DNA of 64,000 nt, taken from positions 193,750,001-193,814,000 of the forward strand of contig OZ024742.1 of the NCBI GenBank assembly GCA_964016885.1. Direction: 5' to 3'. Below the pieces are notes generated by a model, which saw nothing but the letters and a program-made list of their open reading frames with translations, searched no databases and was not told where the DNA came from. How positions within the stretch are numbered: position 1 is the stretch's first letter; every line of letters starts with the position of its first letter. The translations under genes were made by a program, and so were the position numbers. The DNA is from Eledone cirrhosa (lineage: Eukaryota). Shown here one piece after another: positions 41,478 through 54,560 of this stretch.

Positions 41478-44028
41478 GGGTTAGAGACATAGGAGGGAGT
41501 GGTTTGTAGAATACAGATATCTTAATCAAAATGTTGAGGTAGGGGTTTTATTATACTGGTTACTCTTAAAGCGACCACCTTAGCGATGCGTTGATAGTCA
41601 AGGTTGAAATTATTTATTGCCACAGAGGGCAGGTTCATAGATGTGGAGAGGGAGGGAGGTGGACCGAGGACGAGAGAGAGAGAGACAGGGGGATGGAGAG
41701 AGAGGGAGAGATAGAGAGGGGACAGAAGAAAGCTATGGGATGGGTGTACATTAAGTTCATAGTTGTAGTCTTCAAATTGCACTAAGTTTCCATTTATAGT
41801 GATAAGCAGGGTATTGTCTTGTAGTATAGGGGAATAGAAAGTGGTTAGCTAGAAAGCAATGTTATAGTTACGGGTTCGAATGTTAAGTTATTTTATAATG
41901 AGATAATTTAGCCTTCAGTTTGTGGTTGCAATATAATGATCGTTCGATTCTATCATTTAGTAATTTACTTTTGGATTTTAAGATGTAAAAGAGTTCAAAG
42001 TTACATAACCCACAGTACTTCAATCAACTCCGATATGCACTAGCGCTGGAAAGTATATCCCATTTCAAGGTGAACTGTTGGTTGCATTTACGGAGTTCCC
42101 AGGTCTTGTTGGCGAGCGTGGTCACAAAACGGTGTTTATGATGTTTAATTGAGAATCGAGGACGATACCAGCGAGATTTAAAGGAGGTAGTGGTAGACCC
42201 GATGTAATACCATTTCTGGTCGGTCGATTCAACAGTGAATTGGTAAACAATGTTGGACTTTAGGCATTTATTCTTCAATGGACATCTTTCAGGTAGGTGG
42301 CAGTTACAGTTTTTATTGTGGGTAGCAGGGTATACCATGGATATTTTGGGATAGCAGTACATGTGGGTTGTGTAATACCCGTCTCCCATTTAGTGGTTGG
42401 GAGGCCGATACTACGTTATGCTCAACTGTTATTAAAATATTTTGTTTTGTAGTGTTGTTTTTTCATGTATGCTTCAAGGTTTGGTGCCGTGGAGTATGAT
42501 AGTTTAATAGTTTTAGAGTTCAGAATGTTACTGTGTTTATGGGAACTAGGGAAATGCTTGTTGATTAACTGAAAGAATGAAAGAGATAGTTTTGTACTAA
42601 TCGAAGCATTAAACATGAGATTATACCAGATATACTTTCTACAACGTGATTTATTTGGTGATGATTTTCTATTATTAGTATGTCTGGTGGTACTGCGTGT
42701 ATGCGCTTGTATTTCTGTACCCCGGTTACGTATTCTTCGATTTCGTGTAGAGCTATGTGTGTTATGGAGATTCTTATCAATGTATTCTATTGTATCCCGG
42801 TGTTCGGCATTCCTTAATGCATTATTATAAAATAAAGTACCAGTAATGCACTGACTAATTTCTGGCCTTGTGCCTAAAGTAGAAACATTTATAATAGTAT
42901 TCAGCATGTTCACTGAAAATAAGACGATAGGCGAGAGATTCTAAGAGAAATACTACGGGGAACCGATTTGATCATGGAAAGTGGGTGGTTTGAGTTAAAA
43001 TTGATATAGGTAAGGTTCTCATTTACCTCGCGGAAGGGTCGTATCAGTCCGGTATTTAAATTAAGAGTTACGTCTAAAAAATGTACTACTTTAAGATTGT
43101 ATTCGTACGTTATATTTTGACCCAGTTCACTAAAAGATTTTCTAATGTTTTCCGTAGCCTTTCACGATTTTGGTTATTTAAGTTATTAACTAAAAAGAGC
43201 CCGTCATCTCTATACATTCCCCCCTGTAGATGACTAAATTTACCATGTAGTATGTGGGCTATGTAAATTCCCACAAGATCGGTGACCTCCGCTGAGTCGT
43301 TGGAGCCCATGGTAATGTCGAAGTTTGTGGGTCTGTCCTTACGTTCCCAGTAGCAGTTATCAAACTTGATAATAGTTTTTCTAGTCTCTAGAGTAATATA
43401 AATTTCTTCCTCCGTTAGGTCGGAATTGACTTTAGCAAACGATATGGCCTTAGGTAAAGTGCCGGGTGAGATTGAAGAGTAGTATTCGTCTATGTCAAAT
43501 TGTATAAACTTAGATTTATTCTTGTGCTTAACGTTATTAAACCAGCGAATTGCATCGCTAGTGTTGCCCCATAATTTAATTTCTATTTTCTTTTTCAATT
43601 GAGTTATTACTCTGTCAAGTATATTTTGCTAATGTTTCCTATGTCTGATTTAGAAGGGCATATAAGTCTAATCTTAGGGTTAGAGTCAAAATTTACCTTA
43701 TGGTCCTTCAGGTTAAAGGTGGGGGTTGCGGGTATAATCGGCTCGGTTATATCGTCTATCTTCAGATTATTCACCACCTTGTATGCATTGTTGTTAATAC
43801 TTGCTAGCGTAGTTTCACTTGTTTTCCTATATTTCTTGCGTAGTTCTTTGTGTATGAAGTTGTTGTACGTATCGATATCCATGGTATACACGTTAGAGGT
43901 CTTGTCAGCTTTCACAACAATTCCATTGGTATTTTGCAGTCTTCGCAGTAGTGCTTTCATGTTGCTCTGCAGCTCATTACTTCTATGTTTGGTAAAGTTA
44001 ATATTCATGGTCCTATTCATTAAGTCTT
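41200..44028 (-). mobile_element. Naiad-like PLE, decayed RT plus GIY-YIG; 3' HHR at 41249-41360
   Basis: VKADKT, FDIDEYY, MGSNDSAE, MYRDDGL, CNC..CPLKNKC, YYIG; tgct-CTGAGGA-long stem II-GAAAC-attt-GTA-agca. Confidence 0.92.
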
Positions 44029-44029
44029 G

Positions 44030-44061
<32 letters not shown>

Positions 44062-44064
44062 GTA

Positions 44065-44382
44065 TAAAGAAAACAAAAAATCAGAGATGCATCTGAACTT
44101 AATTTATTGCGTTTTACAATTGTTTCGCCGGCAGATAGCTCGAGACATGGTCCTTGTATGGATCTGGCTGATTCTACGGCTGCAGGTTCTTTCAGATACA
44201 GGTATTTCGTTCGGGGCAAATTTTATCACTCCCAAAGAAATACACGTGCCTGAAAGAACCTGCAGCCGTAGAATCAGCCAGATACAGACAGGAACCATGG
44301 CTCGAGCTACCTGCCGGCGAAACCATTGTAACACGCAATAAATTAAGTCCAGATGCATCACTGATTTTTCGTTTTCTTTATT
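44065..44382. repeat. Head-to-head inverted pair of an HHR-containing pLTR segment
   Basis: The two arms are reverse complements and homologous to 16490-16600; core CTGAAAGA..GAAAC-(a/c)att-GTA. Confidence 0.85.
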
Positions 44383-44464
44383 CTATCTACAATCTACACT
44401 GCTGAATATCGAGTGCTAATTTTGGCATATAGCCTATGGAAGCACCATATCTACCATTTTACAC

Positions 44465-44507
<43 letters not shown>

Positions 44508-44554
44508 CAGTATATATATATATATATATATTTTATGTATATATATATATATTT

Positions 44555-44591
<37 letters not shown>

Positions 44592-44691
44592 GGAAATAAT
44601 GAGACGAGATTTCATTTCCCACTCTTAGTACGGCTGTTACTTAAATGTAAGTATATATACGTACATACTTATATGTATACAGATGTACAGT

Positions 44692-44908
44692 AGTATGTAT
44701 ATATACATACATGCACACATATATATATGTACGTATGGATTCACCGAACATTTATTATAATGCTCGGTGTGTTTGTAAATAAACATCCCGGCTTAATACG
44801 GGATGTTTGTTTACAAACACACCGAGCATTATAATAAATGTTCGGTGAATCCATACGCACATATATATATGTGTGCATGTATGTATATATATATATATAT
44901 ACATACTA
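44692..44908. repeat. Near-perfect ~210 bp palindrome
   Basis: ggattcaccgaac..aaacatcccg/cgggatgttt..gttcggtgaatcc. Confidence 0.85.
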
Positions 44909-45303
44909 CTTTTAACATTCTTATTTTTCTATATAGACTTACTCCATATAGATTAACTTATTGTTTCGTCTTCCTCCCCCCTCCACCTCTTGACCTCTTA
45001 TCCTTAGGATTCTGCTGTAGTTGTCACTTTCAACGCACGAGTGGGTTACCTCCACCCGCTCTCTCTCTTTCTTCTACTGGCAAGTTCAGCTACACCTATT
45101 CATTTACAAGGATTAAAATGTTCATTTAGTCCAGAATTAGCCGTCGAAACGGCTTGAGCTCAGCCGTCGGGGTCCTACTCGTTCCTATATATATATATAT
45201 ATATATATTATATATGTATATATCTATGTATATATATAAAATATATATATATCATATATATATATATGTAATATGTATATATATATATATATATATATAC
45301 ATA

Positions 45304-45339
<36 letters not shown>

Positions 45340-45364
45340 TTGTATATATATATCATAAATATAT

Positions 45365-45419
<55 letters not shown>

Positions 45420-45692
45420 GATAATAAATATCGTTATAGGTAATCCCGTTAGAGATTGTGAATACCTCTTATTGTGGATAGTTTTAGCATACGTCGTTCT
45501 TTGACTTAACAAGAAGTTTACGTAGATGGTGAGTTTATGATTTCACTTGTATTCCTACCTAAGTAAATTTTGGTGTAATTAAATTGAAAAAGTGAAGAAT
45601 AACATGGTCAACAGTACAAAAAAAAGGGATTTAGTTACAGTCTAACAATTTGTTCACTGATTAAGTTGTCTAAAAATTGCTGAACACTAGTT

Positions 45693-45792
<100 letters not shown>

Positions 45793-45794
45793 TT

Positions 45795-45935
45795 AAAATA
45801 ACAGATTAAATGTTAAGCAAAGAAACGCTGCTTTCACCCTTAACGGTATCTTCTGAAACTCAGTTTTTAAGTTTCAGAAGACCCAGTTAAGGGTGAAAGC
45901 AGCGATTCTTTGCTTAACATTTAATCTGATATTTT
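45795..45935. repeat. ~140 bp palindrome at the start of a short element whose end recurs at 38945 and 39105
   Basis: cagattaaatgttaagcaaag..ctttgcttaacatttaatctg; gagccctctttggattttagtcttcaaatt recurs inverted. Confidence 0.75.
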
Positions 45936-46059
45936 AATAAATATTTGCTCCACGGTTCTTATATATTTGATATATATTTATCCTTATCGAGCCCTCTTTG
46001 GATTTTAGTCTTCAAATTTATTATTATTTCTATATATATAATCTATAATATATATATAT

Positions 46060-46127
<68 letters not shown>

Positions 46128-46128
<1 letters not shown>

Positions 46129-46772
46129 AATATTTTCGAAACAGTGATCGAACTTTGAAATTATAAATGTACGCTATCGCCGTAATTTGACTAAAGACAT
46201 TTACACAAATTATTTAGCCTGATAGTGCTGTTAAGAATCCACGATGAAATGGGAAAAGATGAATATTGACGTACATGGGATCGAATCCAGTTCTTTTGTT
46301 ATCCAGACCACTGTGTCCCCATTACATAAACATATCACCCGTCTTTTTCCATTCAAATTACAAACTATAAACTTAGCAACTGTACATGTCAACTAAGATT
46401 ATTTTCGAAACAGCGAGCGAGTTTTGAAATTATAAATGTAAGCTATCGCCTTATTTTGACTAAAGAAATTTCAAAACTCGTTCGCTGTTTCGAAAATAAT
46501 TTTACTTGCCATTTATAGTTGCTAAGATTATAGCTTCTAATTCGAATAGAAAAAAATGGTTGATGGGTTGGTGTAATGGTAGCACAGTGTTATGGATAAC
46601 CAAAGATGTGGGTTCGACTTCCATGTACGTCAGTACTCAATATTTTTCCATTCATCCGAGAGTTCTTATCCCCACTATCAGGCTAAATAATTTTCTTTAA
46701 TTTCTTTAGTCAAAATACGGCGATACCTTATATATATATATGAAATTATAAATGTAAGCTATCGCCGTATTT
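46128..46772. mobile_element. ~270 bp tandem/inverted unit with an internal tRNA-like segment
   Basis: Direct repeat at 46130 and 46401; inverted copy at 46468-46730; A box TGGTGTAATGG and B box GGTTCGACTTCC at about 46562-46632. Confidence 0.7.
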
Positions 46773-46809
<37 letters not shown>

Positions 46810-48237
46810 GTATATATATCACCTTGATCACCTTGATCGACCAGGCTGTCGGGCGCCAATCGCCGCCGCTGGTCACAACACGTCGTGCTGTGTTAGCCAT
46901 AAGATAACGCCATGCCACTGACTGACCTCAATAGTTTATCGGAAATCATTCTGCTAACGAACAAATAATATGCTTTCTGAAATAAACAGATTCATTTTCT
47001 TTTATAAATGTTATAGAAATAGAAATGATGCTGAGGCATATTTAAAATTTCGAATCATGTCAACATTAGCCTTTAATCGTAAAATCATATTAACATATAA
47101 AAATTATTATTTCACGTATTTTTAATATTGAATATAAGGGATATTTTGTGAGAGTTAAACCGTGATAATGCAAATAATATTGCACATTTGCACATGATTG
47201 AAATTTCTGCTGACGCTCAGAATCATGTGCATGCATATTATGTAACATTTGCGGTTGAATAATATTGCCAAATGTCATAAAGTAAATAATTAAACATTGA
47301 GAGACAAAACATGTTGACATAGAAATGACGATCATTTAATTATTAACATGTATTTGAGTGGAAGCGTTAGGATGATAAAACAGTAAAAAAACAAAGACAA
47401 TATATTAACGCATTCGTAGCCCCTCAAACATGTTGTTATTTCGTGATATGTAGAACAGCTACAATAAAGATTGTAAACATATGAACTAGATTGATACAGA
47501 ATTCTCTTTGCAAATGGCGTTTAAATATCCGAAACTTGCAAAAATATTTCATAAACCTATTCTGTTTGGTGAAACAAATAAGATAAATTTAAATGTTGAG
47601 CTATGCATTATCGCTTAATAAAAATAATTCTATCGTGCAATGACTGTGCGTGAAGATATTTTTTAAAGTGAGGAAAGACTGTGCACTGAACCATTCTCAC
47701 ACTCTGAGCGACAGTAGCTATAACCCGAATAGAAGAAAAGATCAACATCATCGGTAACTACTATACGCGGGGACATAGAAATAGTCGGGCTGGACACCCG
47801 GTCGCGTGGTTAAACCACTGGGAGTGAAGGACCCTTAGCCTTTGTCAGGGCATTCTTCTAGGAGAGGCAACTCAGGAAACTGGGATAGCTCTGATATATA
47901 CATACATACAGACATACAAACATACATACATGCATACAAACATACAGACTAACCAACAGACATACAAACATATACACTCATACATACTTTGCATATATAA
48001 TGTGTGTGATAACTCGTATGTAGGACACTGTGATTTTCCTTCAGCATGTAATCGCCGAAACGGAGTGCTATACGTTGCACAAAGTATTGTGTACTCTTTA
48101 GAGAGAGTAATATGCTTTATAAGATTTTACTCATAGTTCCTGTCACAAAGTACACATTTAATTACGAATACATATATATACACGCACACACGCACGCAGA
48201 CACACACACAGACACCCACACACCCACACACACGCAC

Positions 48238-48272
<35 letters not shown>

Positions 48273-48299
48273 AATATATATATATATGTATGTATATAT

Positions 48300-48926
48300 C
48301 AAAGGAAGTGTGGTAAGGGACCAGGTGGACCATAACGCACCAGAGTACTCGATACTTAGGGTAGTAAAGTGGGTAATAGGAAAAGGGTCAGGACACCGAC
48401 GGCTGAGCTCCGGCCTTCCTGACAGCTAGATCCGAACTAACGAGCAATATTAGGACGGCACGGACCTAGTTGAGCTTATCAAGGGGTACAAACCATATAT
48501 GGGCATGAACTCAAAACAAAAAGCATAAGTATCAAATCAAACAATCCTAAGAATTTGTTGTGTTTCCTGTCTGTCACGGGGAGTGGACAATGATTTAGGG
48601 ATGTCATGTACATGGTTAAATTCCTTCATAGCGGCGGAACTGGCCTGTACAGGGGAGGGAGGTAAGATGCCTTTCCCAGCTGTGGGTGCCAATCCGGTCA
48701 GCCGTTAAGTGAGAAAATCTTTACAACTATCTCTAATGGGGGTAAGAAAGTAAATTCAGCATATAGGAATTAAGGGAGGTTGGTTGGTTAGAGTGAAAGT
48801 AAGTATGCCAAGTTTAACACATAGCTAGAGCAAAGCATATAGATATTAATACTAAATAAATTCCTAATAAATAAAATCGATGTCGAAACGGCCGGAGCTC
48901 CGCCGTCGGAGTCCTGACTCTCTTCT

Positions 48927-48928
<2 letters not shown>
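48300..48928 (-). mobile_element. Non-coding pLTR-like element with U3-A8 HHR (48394-48486) and a short inverted end
   Basis: cccc-TTGATAA-g..ctaggtccg/cggatctag..stem III GGCCGGAGCTCAGCC-GTC; intact GAAAC in the inverted piece at 48881-48920. Confidence 0.75.
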
Positions 48929-48957
<29 letters not shown>

Positions 48958-49399
48958 ATTATATATATTATATATATATATATAGTGCGTGTGCGTGTGT
49001 GTCTGTGTGTGTGTGTGTGTGTGTATGTGTGTGTGCGTGTGTGTAAAATGTAAACAGAAATAACAACACATCGGTACAGTATATTCAAGCTTTGTGAAAA
49101 TCGGTTGTGAACTCAAGAAGTTATGACGTTTTGTTGCATTGCACTGCAGTGCTTCAGTCGACTCCAATGAAGTGGTTAAAGTGGGTTATCTGCCGGAAGC
49201 CCCTATAATAAATATCTGGAAAAATGAAAGTGCCCATGACCATCCGCAGTACATAATAACCTGTCTCTTAAGTTTGGTGAAAATACTGTAGAAATGCATA
49301 AGGTTTGAACATGCGCGCGTGTGTGTGTGTGAGTGTGTGTGTGTGGGTGTGTATGTATTTGTGTGTGCATATATATGTGTATGTACGTCGGGGCGTACG

Positions 49400-49900
49400 T
49401 ATGTACTGGCCTAAATCTTCGCTATTTACTTTTACTACATTAATAACCTCGGTCATTTTCGTTTTCACTGTTACTTACATCATTCTTAAATTCCGGGCCT
49501 GGAAATCATTCTGTTATTTTAAATAGAATATTAGTCTAATGACTCCATTTATACCATAGACTTGGTCATGTCTTTGCATGAAATTGTTCTTCACGTTCCA
49601 CATAACGACGTATTATTCTCGCTTTTTTTCGTTAATTGCCAGGGAACGTCTTCACGAACCAAAATATCGTCTTCCTGTTTTCCTTCGGTTGCAACGTTTC
49701 TCGAAATATTTACTTCTGCGTTCACAGATTACTCTCAGTTCAATTTGAATGGGAAATTCCTGTTTCATCTATTTTCCGTAACCATGGAAGATTGTAGCTT
49801 GAAAGTCGACCCAACGCCTCCTCGAGTGGTTCTGCATAACTGTGTACATTTTTACTGCATTCCACCAAGCAGTTTCGACGTTTATCCGACTAGAGCTACA
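49400..49900 (-). mobile_element. Possible highly decayed piggyBac-like transposase remnant
   Basis: Fragments LRVICERRSKY, YFGS and ENNTSLCGT resemble piggyBac motifs; weak. Confidence 0.3.
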
Positions 49901-49939
49901 TATACAACGTCCGACCACTTCCAATTTATATAGTAGATA

Positions 49940-52900
49940 TATATATAAGGAAAAAGATGGAATCGAAAATGCAACTGCAGTCTTCTTAAGGATATTTATT
50001 TGTTTCCTTTACCGATTTCACAGTTCTTTTGCCTTTCAAAAGTAGAATTGAGATGGAGTGTTTGAGGTTTTTCTCACATCTGGTTGGTGTTTGAATGCTA
50101 CTTCCGTTTTATATGGAAAAAAGTGGCTCGAAATACTAGGTTTTTAGCGAAGTAAATTGGTTGGTTGATGAATGTCATGTGAATAAGTATAATAAATTTC
50201 GCGCCAGTTCGCTTTACAAAGTTTTTATTATATTTGCCTTTAAAAAAAAATGGGTGGGGTCTAAGATTGTTTTTTCACATATGATTGAAGTTTGGTTGGT
50301 TGATACAGTCACGTTAATAAGCATATCAGCTTTCGCGCCAGTTGGTGTTTGAATTTCTTGTTACTTTAAAAAAAGTGGCTCACGAAGGCTTTTTTTATAA
50401 ATGTACAACTACATTAAATTTCGCGCACGTATTTTAGAATTTTTTGTAGCAATTTAGAGAATTTTGGGCCAAACAAAAGATAATGGTCAAAATGACTATT
50501 ATCTTTTGTTTGGCACAAACGGGATGGGGAGAATTGTTCTGGTTCAGTGAATATGGCTGGTGTACTGGGCTGTCAAAATTCAGACTTTCTATTGAAATAA
50601 AGAAAGTAGAGCTATGTATGTTTATTTGTGTGGTGGTGGTGGTGGTGGTTGTGGTGGTGGTGGTGGTGGTGGTGTGTCTGTGTGTGTATGTAGGAAGATG
50701 ATTCTATTAGGAGAAATGAGGGAGGGAATTGTGTGTGTGTGTATGGGTGTTATATGTGTGTGTATGGGTGTTATATGTGTGTGTGTGGGGGGGAGTATGG
50801 TTAGCATGTTAAGATGGAGAGAATCTATATATATATTGTGTGTGTGTAGGAAAATGATTCCGTTAGTAGAAATGAGGGAGGGAGTTATGTGTGTGTAGGG
50901 GTGGGGTTAGTATGTTAAGGTGTTGGAGTATTAACGTATGTTAAGGTTTATTTAGCTCTGTTTTTTTTATTTTCGAAAATAGGTGTTATGTGTGTGTATG
51001 TATGTGTCTGTTTGCATGGTTAGCCTGTTATGGTGTTGACATAATGTATATTAAACTATATTTAATGCTGGTCTATATTTTTGAATAAACATATTTTCCT
51101 TATTTATTTGTATTTATTCTGTTGTATTGTCAGCGCAAAGATATAATGGGAAGACTTTGAATTTGGGTGTCTTATTATTTGCGCATATGTCTAGATGTGC
51201 ACTGGCTGGTTTCTGTCTTGTAATTGTTGGCGATGAATTATCATTCTGTTTCTGAGTATGAGTTTAATTTGTCCTATGTAATCTTCATTGAATCCTTTAC
51301 ATTTAATGGCATAAAGTATATTTTTTGATGAGCAAGTGAAGGGATTTTTTACAGCAAAATTTTTTCTTGATTGAAATGTATACATGTTGCCTTCAATGAG
51401 GTGAGTGCAGGTTCCACAATAGAGCGACCACATTGTTTGACAGTTGGTTGTGGGTTTGTGGTAGCTAATTTGGCATTGCTGAGTAATGTTTTTAGTGATT
51501 TCGGTTGTATTTTGCTTTTGATTATTTTGTGGTTTCAGGTTTTTTTTTCATTCTTTGGTCTTATTTCAATAGTGGGATGTGTCTTGTGAATAATGTTCTA
51601 AGCTTCCGCATTTCTTGGGTTGTGTGTTGAGATATATGATAAAATATAAATAAATATATGATAACATATTGTACATTGAATTTGTTTCTGTTTTCGTAAT
51701 TCATCAATGCCTATTGCTTTAGCCATTTCTATTCCATTATTTATTAGTAATGGTGGGTACTGTCTTTCGAGCAGAATTTGCTTTAATTCTCAAAAGACTT
51801 CAAGAATTAAAATAAATTCTGCTCGAAAGACAGTACCCACCATTACTAATAAATAATTGTTTCTAATTTTGGCACAAGGCCAGCAATTACCCAGTGTATT
51901 TCTGATAAAATAAAGTACCAGTAGTACTGGGTAATTGCTGGCCTTGTGCCAAAAGTAGAAACAATTATTTATTAGTAATGGTGGGAATTTCCTTTAATAC
52001 TTGAAGTCTTTTATTGCGCGTTTCATAATTGGAGACAATTGTGCAAATTCTTCTTGCTAGGTTAAAAACGGTGTTCGTCTTCGTGTGCTTTGGATAGTTG
52101 GAGGTGAATAGCAGATATTGTTTGGAATCTGTTGGTTTGTAATGTATGTCAGTTTCAATATGTGTGTCTTTTTTATGATTAAGATGTCCAGAAATGGGAG
52201 TTGGTCTTCGCTGTATTCCATTATGAATTGAATTTGGTTAATGATGCCGTTAATTAACATTTTGAAATCATTTAGCTGGTCGAGTGTGTGAGACCAAAGA
52301 ATGAGACAATCATCCAAGTAGCGTTTCCAATTCTCTGATAAATATTTGTGGATGTTCAATCCGTATTTTGATTTGGACTGTTCATAGATCTGGACTTCCA
52401 AGTATGCCATGACTAAGTTGGTATAAGTTGGAGCGACCTTTGTATCCATCGCAGTCCGCGATATTTGCTTGTAAGTACTGCCATCGAAATAAAAAAAGTT
52501 GTTCTGTGTAATAAATTTTAATCACGCGGTGATGAAGCTTTTTTCTATTCTGTCAGCTATCTCATTTGGATATTTCTCGAGCCAGAATCCTTTTGCTTCT
52601 AGTCCGTGTTGGTGTGGGATCGTTGAAACACAATAATAGTGTCGTTTTTTTCATGTTTGGGGAGGTGGTTTAAGAGGTCCAGATCGTCTCTTACAAGGCT
52701 TGGTATGTGTATTAGAATTGGTTTTATTAGTATGTCTATAAAGTTGCTTAGTCTGTGTGTTTCACATTGTGTGCCCGCTACAATTGGACTTAATTTAAGG
52801 TGTGTGGGGGAATTGTATGTTCACGCAGGTTGAGGTGGATTGTGTACAGGCCTCGTTAATTATTTTACACTTGTGGATCTTCGGAAGTCTGTCAAGGTTG

Positions 52901-54260
52901 CTGGTTTTGTATTCAAAATGTGTTAAATAATCGCGTTCCTTTTTAGTTGTCTGCTTGGTATCACAAATTAATGTGTTTAATCTGGTGATCATTTTTGATT
53001 GGTGGTAGTTTTTTTCTCTTTCATAGTAGTTAGTATCTTGTAAGAGAGATGACATAGAATTGTTATATTGTTCAGTATCCATAATGACAACAGTAATTCC
53101 CTTGTCCGCTTCCTTAATTTTAATGTCGACTCGTGTTGGGTTTGGGTTTAGGTTGCGGTAGTTCGTGGTATGGGAAAGTTGCTATGTGGTCACAAAATTT
53201 GTCCAGAAATCTGTTCCTACCCTTTGTTGGGTTGTAGCTGCTTTTATTCCGTAGAATTAGTTGGTCGTTATTCTCCTTGTCATAAATTTCTTCTGTGGGA
53301 CGTAATTTTCTACAGAAGTGTGAGATGTTATTCTCATTGAGGTTAGAGTATCGTGGTGTTGGTGTGAATTTCAGTCCTTTGGAGAGAATTTTAATTTGTC
53401 GGGCTGAGAAGTTTGAATTTGAAAGGTTGATTATTTTCGGTCTTTCAAAATCAGTTTGTGCCACTGGGTGTCATGGGTCCTGTAGCCTTGGTCTAAAAAA
53501 TGATTTTTCTGAATTTGTTCATGGGTATTATTATATCTAATGGCATTTCCCCTGTTGTGTGGTCTTGTATAGAAGTTACCGACGTATTGAGGTTCGGGTT
53601 GTTGATGGTCCCGGTGGTAGATTTGGTTCCTTTGTGTTGGTTGGGATCTACAATGTTGGCATAGGTTCTGTATGGGTTGGCGTCTACGGTTTTGGAATAG
53701 ATTTTGTGTGGGTTGTGATCTGCGGATCGGGTCCTGTCTTGTGTTGGGGGACATTCAGTTGTTTTAGTAGGGTTATAGTTTTGTCTATGGGTTCTGGGAT
53801 TATCGTCATAGTTTTGCTGGGGGTATGTGGGATGTTTTGTTACTTTTTTGTCATTTGTTGTGAGTGTGGTGTGTGAGATTTAGTTTGTTTTAAAAATGGG
53901 TTACCTGTATGTTGTTCAGTTTTGAAATCCATTTCGTAGTTGTTGAACCAGGTGGCGTTTTTTTCAGATCGCTGGAGGAATGTTAGTTCTTCATCCTCAC
54001 AATTTTCTTTCCAGAGTTATAACGTTTTTTCATAGAGTAGGCTTTCAGAGTGCCTTGAGATTTCTGTTTCCATCTGTTGGTCGAGTGACTTCAATTTTTC
54101 TTCGTTGGAGTTGGCTCTTAACCGCAACATTTCTATTTATATTAAAACTTTTCTAAGGCCATCTTTTCCCTAAGTTTTTGTTGGTTTTCTGGTTTATTCT
54201 GGATGGGTTTTATATGGAGTGTTTTGGGGGTTGATTGGGGTAGAGTGTAGCCACTTTTCA

Positions 54261-54262
<2 letters not shown>
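49940..54262 (-). mobile_element. Neptune-like PLE, decayed RT plus Zn-finger linker and GIY-YIG, with 3' pLTR/HHR
   Basis: IINLS..LSKGLKFTPTP, LPKIHK, MDTKVAPTYTNL, WKRYLDD, LPFLD, FTCSSKNILYAIKC..YIGQ..RNRM..H. Confidence 0.9.
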
Positions 54263-54354
<92 letters not shown>

Positions 54355-54455
54355 AATATACATATATACATGCGTACATATATACGTCACGAGAGCCGAC
54401 CAACAACAACATATGTGTGTATGTACGTGTGTGTGTGTGCGTATGTATGTATATG

Positions 54456-54523
<68 letters not shown>

Positions 54524-54524
54524 T

Positions 54525-54557
<33 letters not shown>

Positions 54558-54560
<3 letters not shown>

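Noticed and set aside
45872-45912. HHR-like CAGAAGA-ccc..gggt-GAAAG
   Set aside because: Stems I and III do not pair
46561-46632. Functional tRNA gene
   Set aside because: Poor anticodon arm and embedded in a repeat; treated as tRNA-like only
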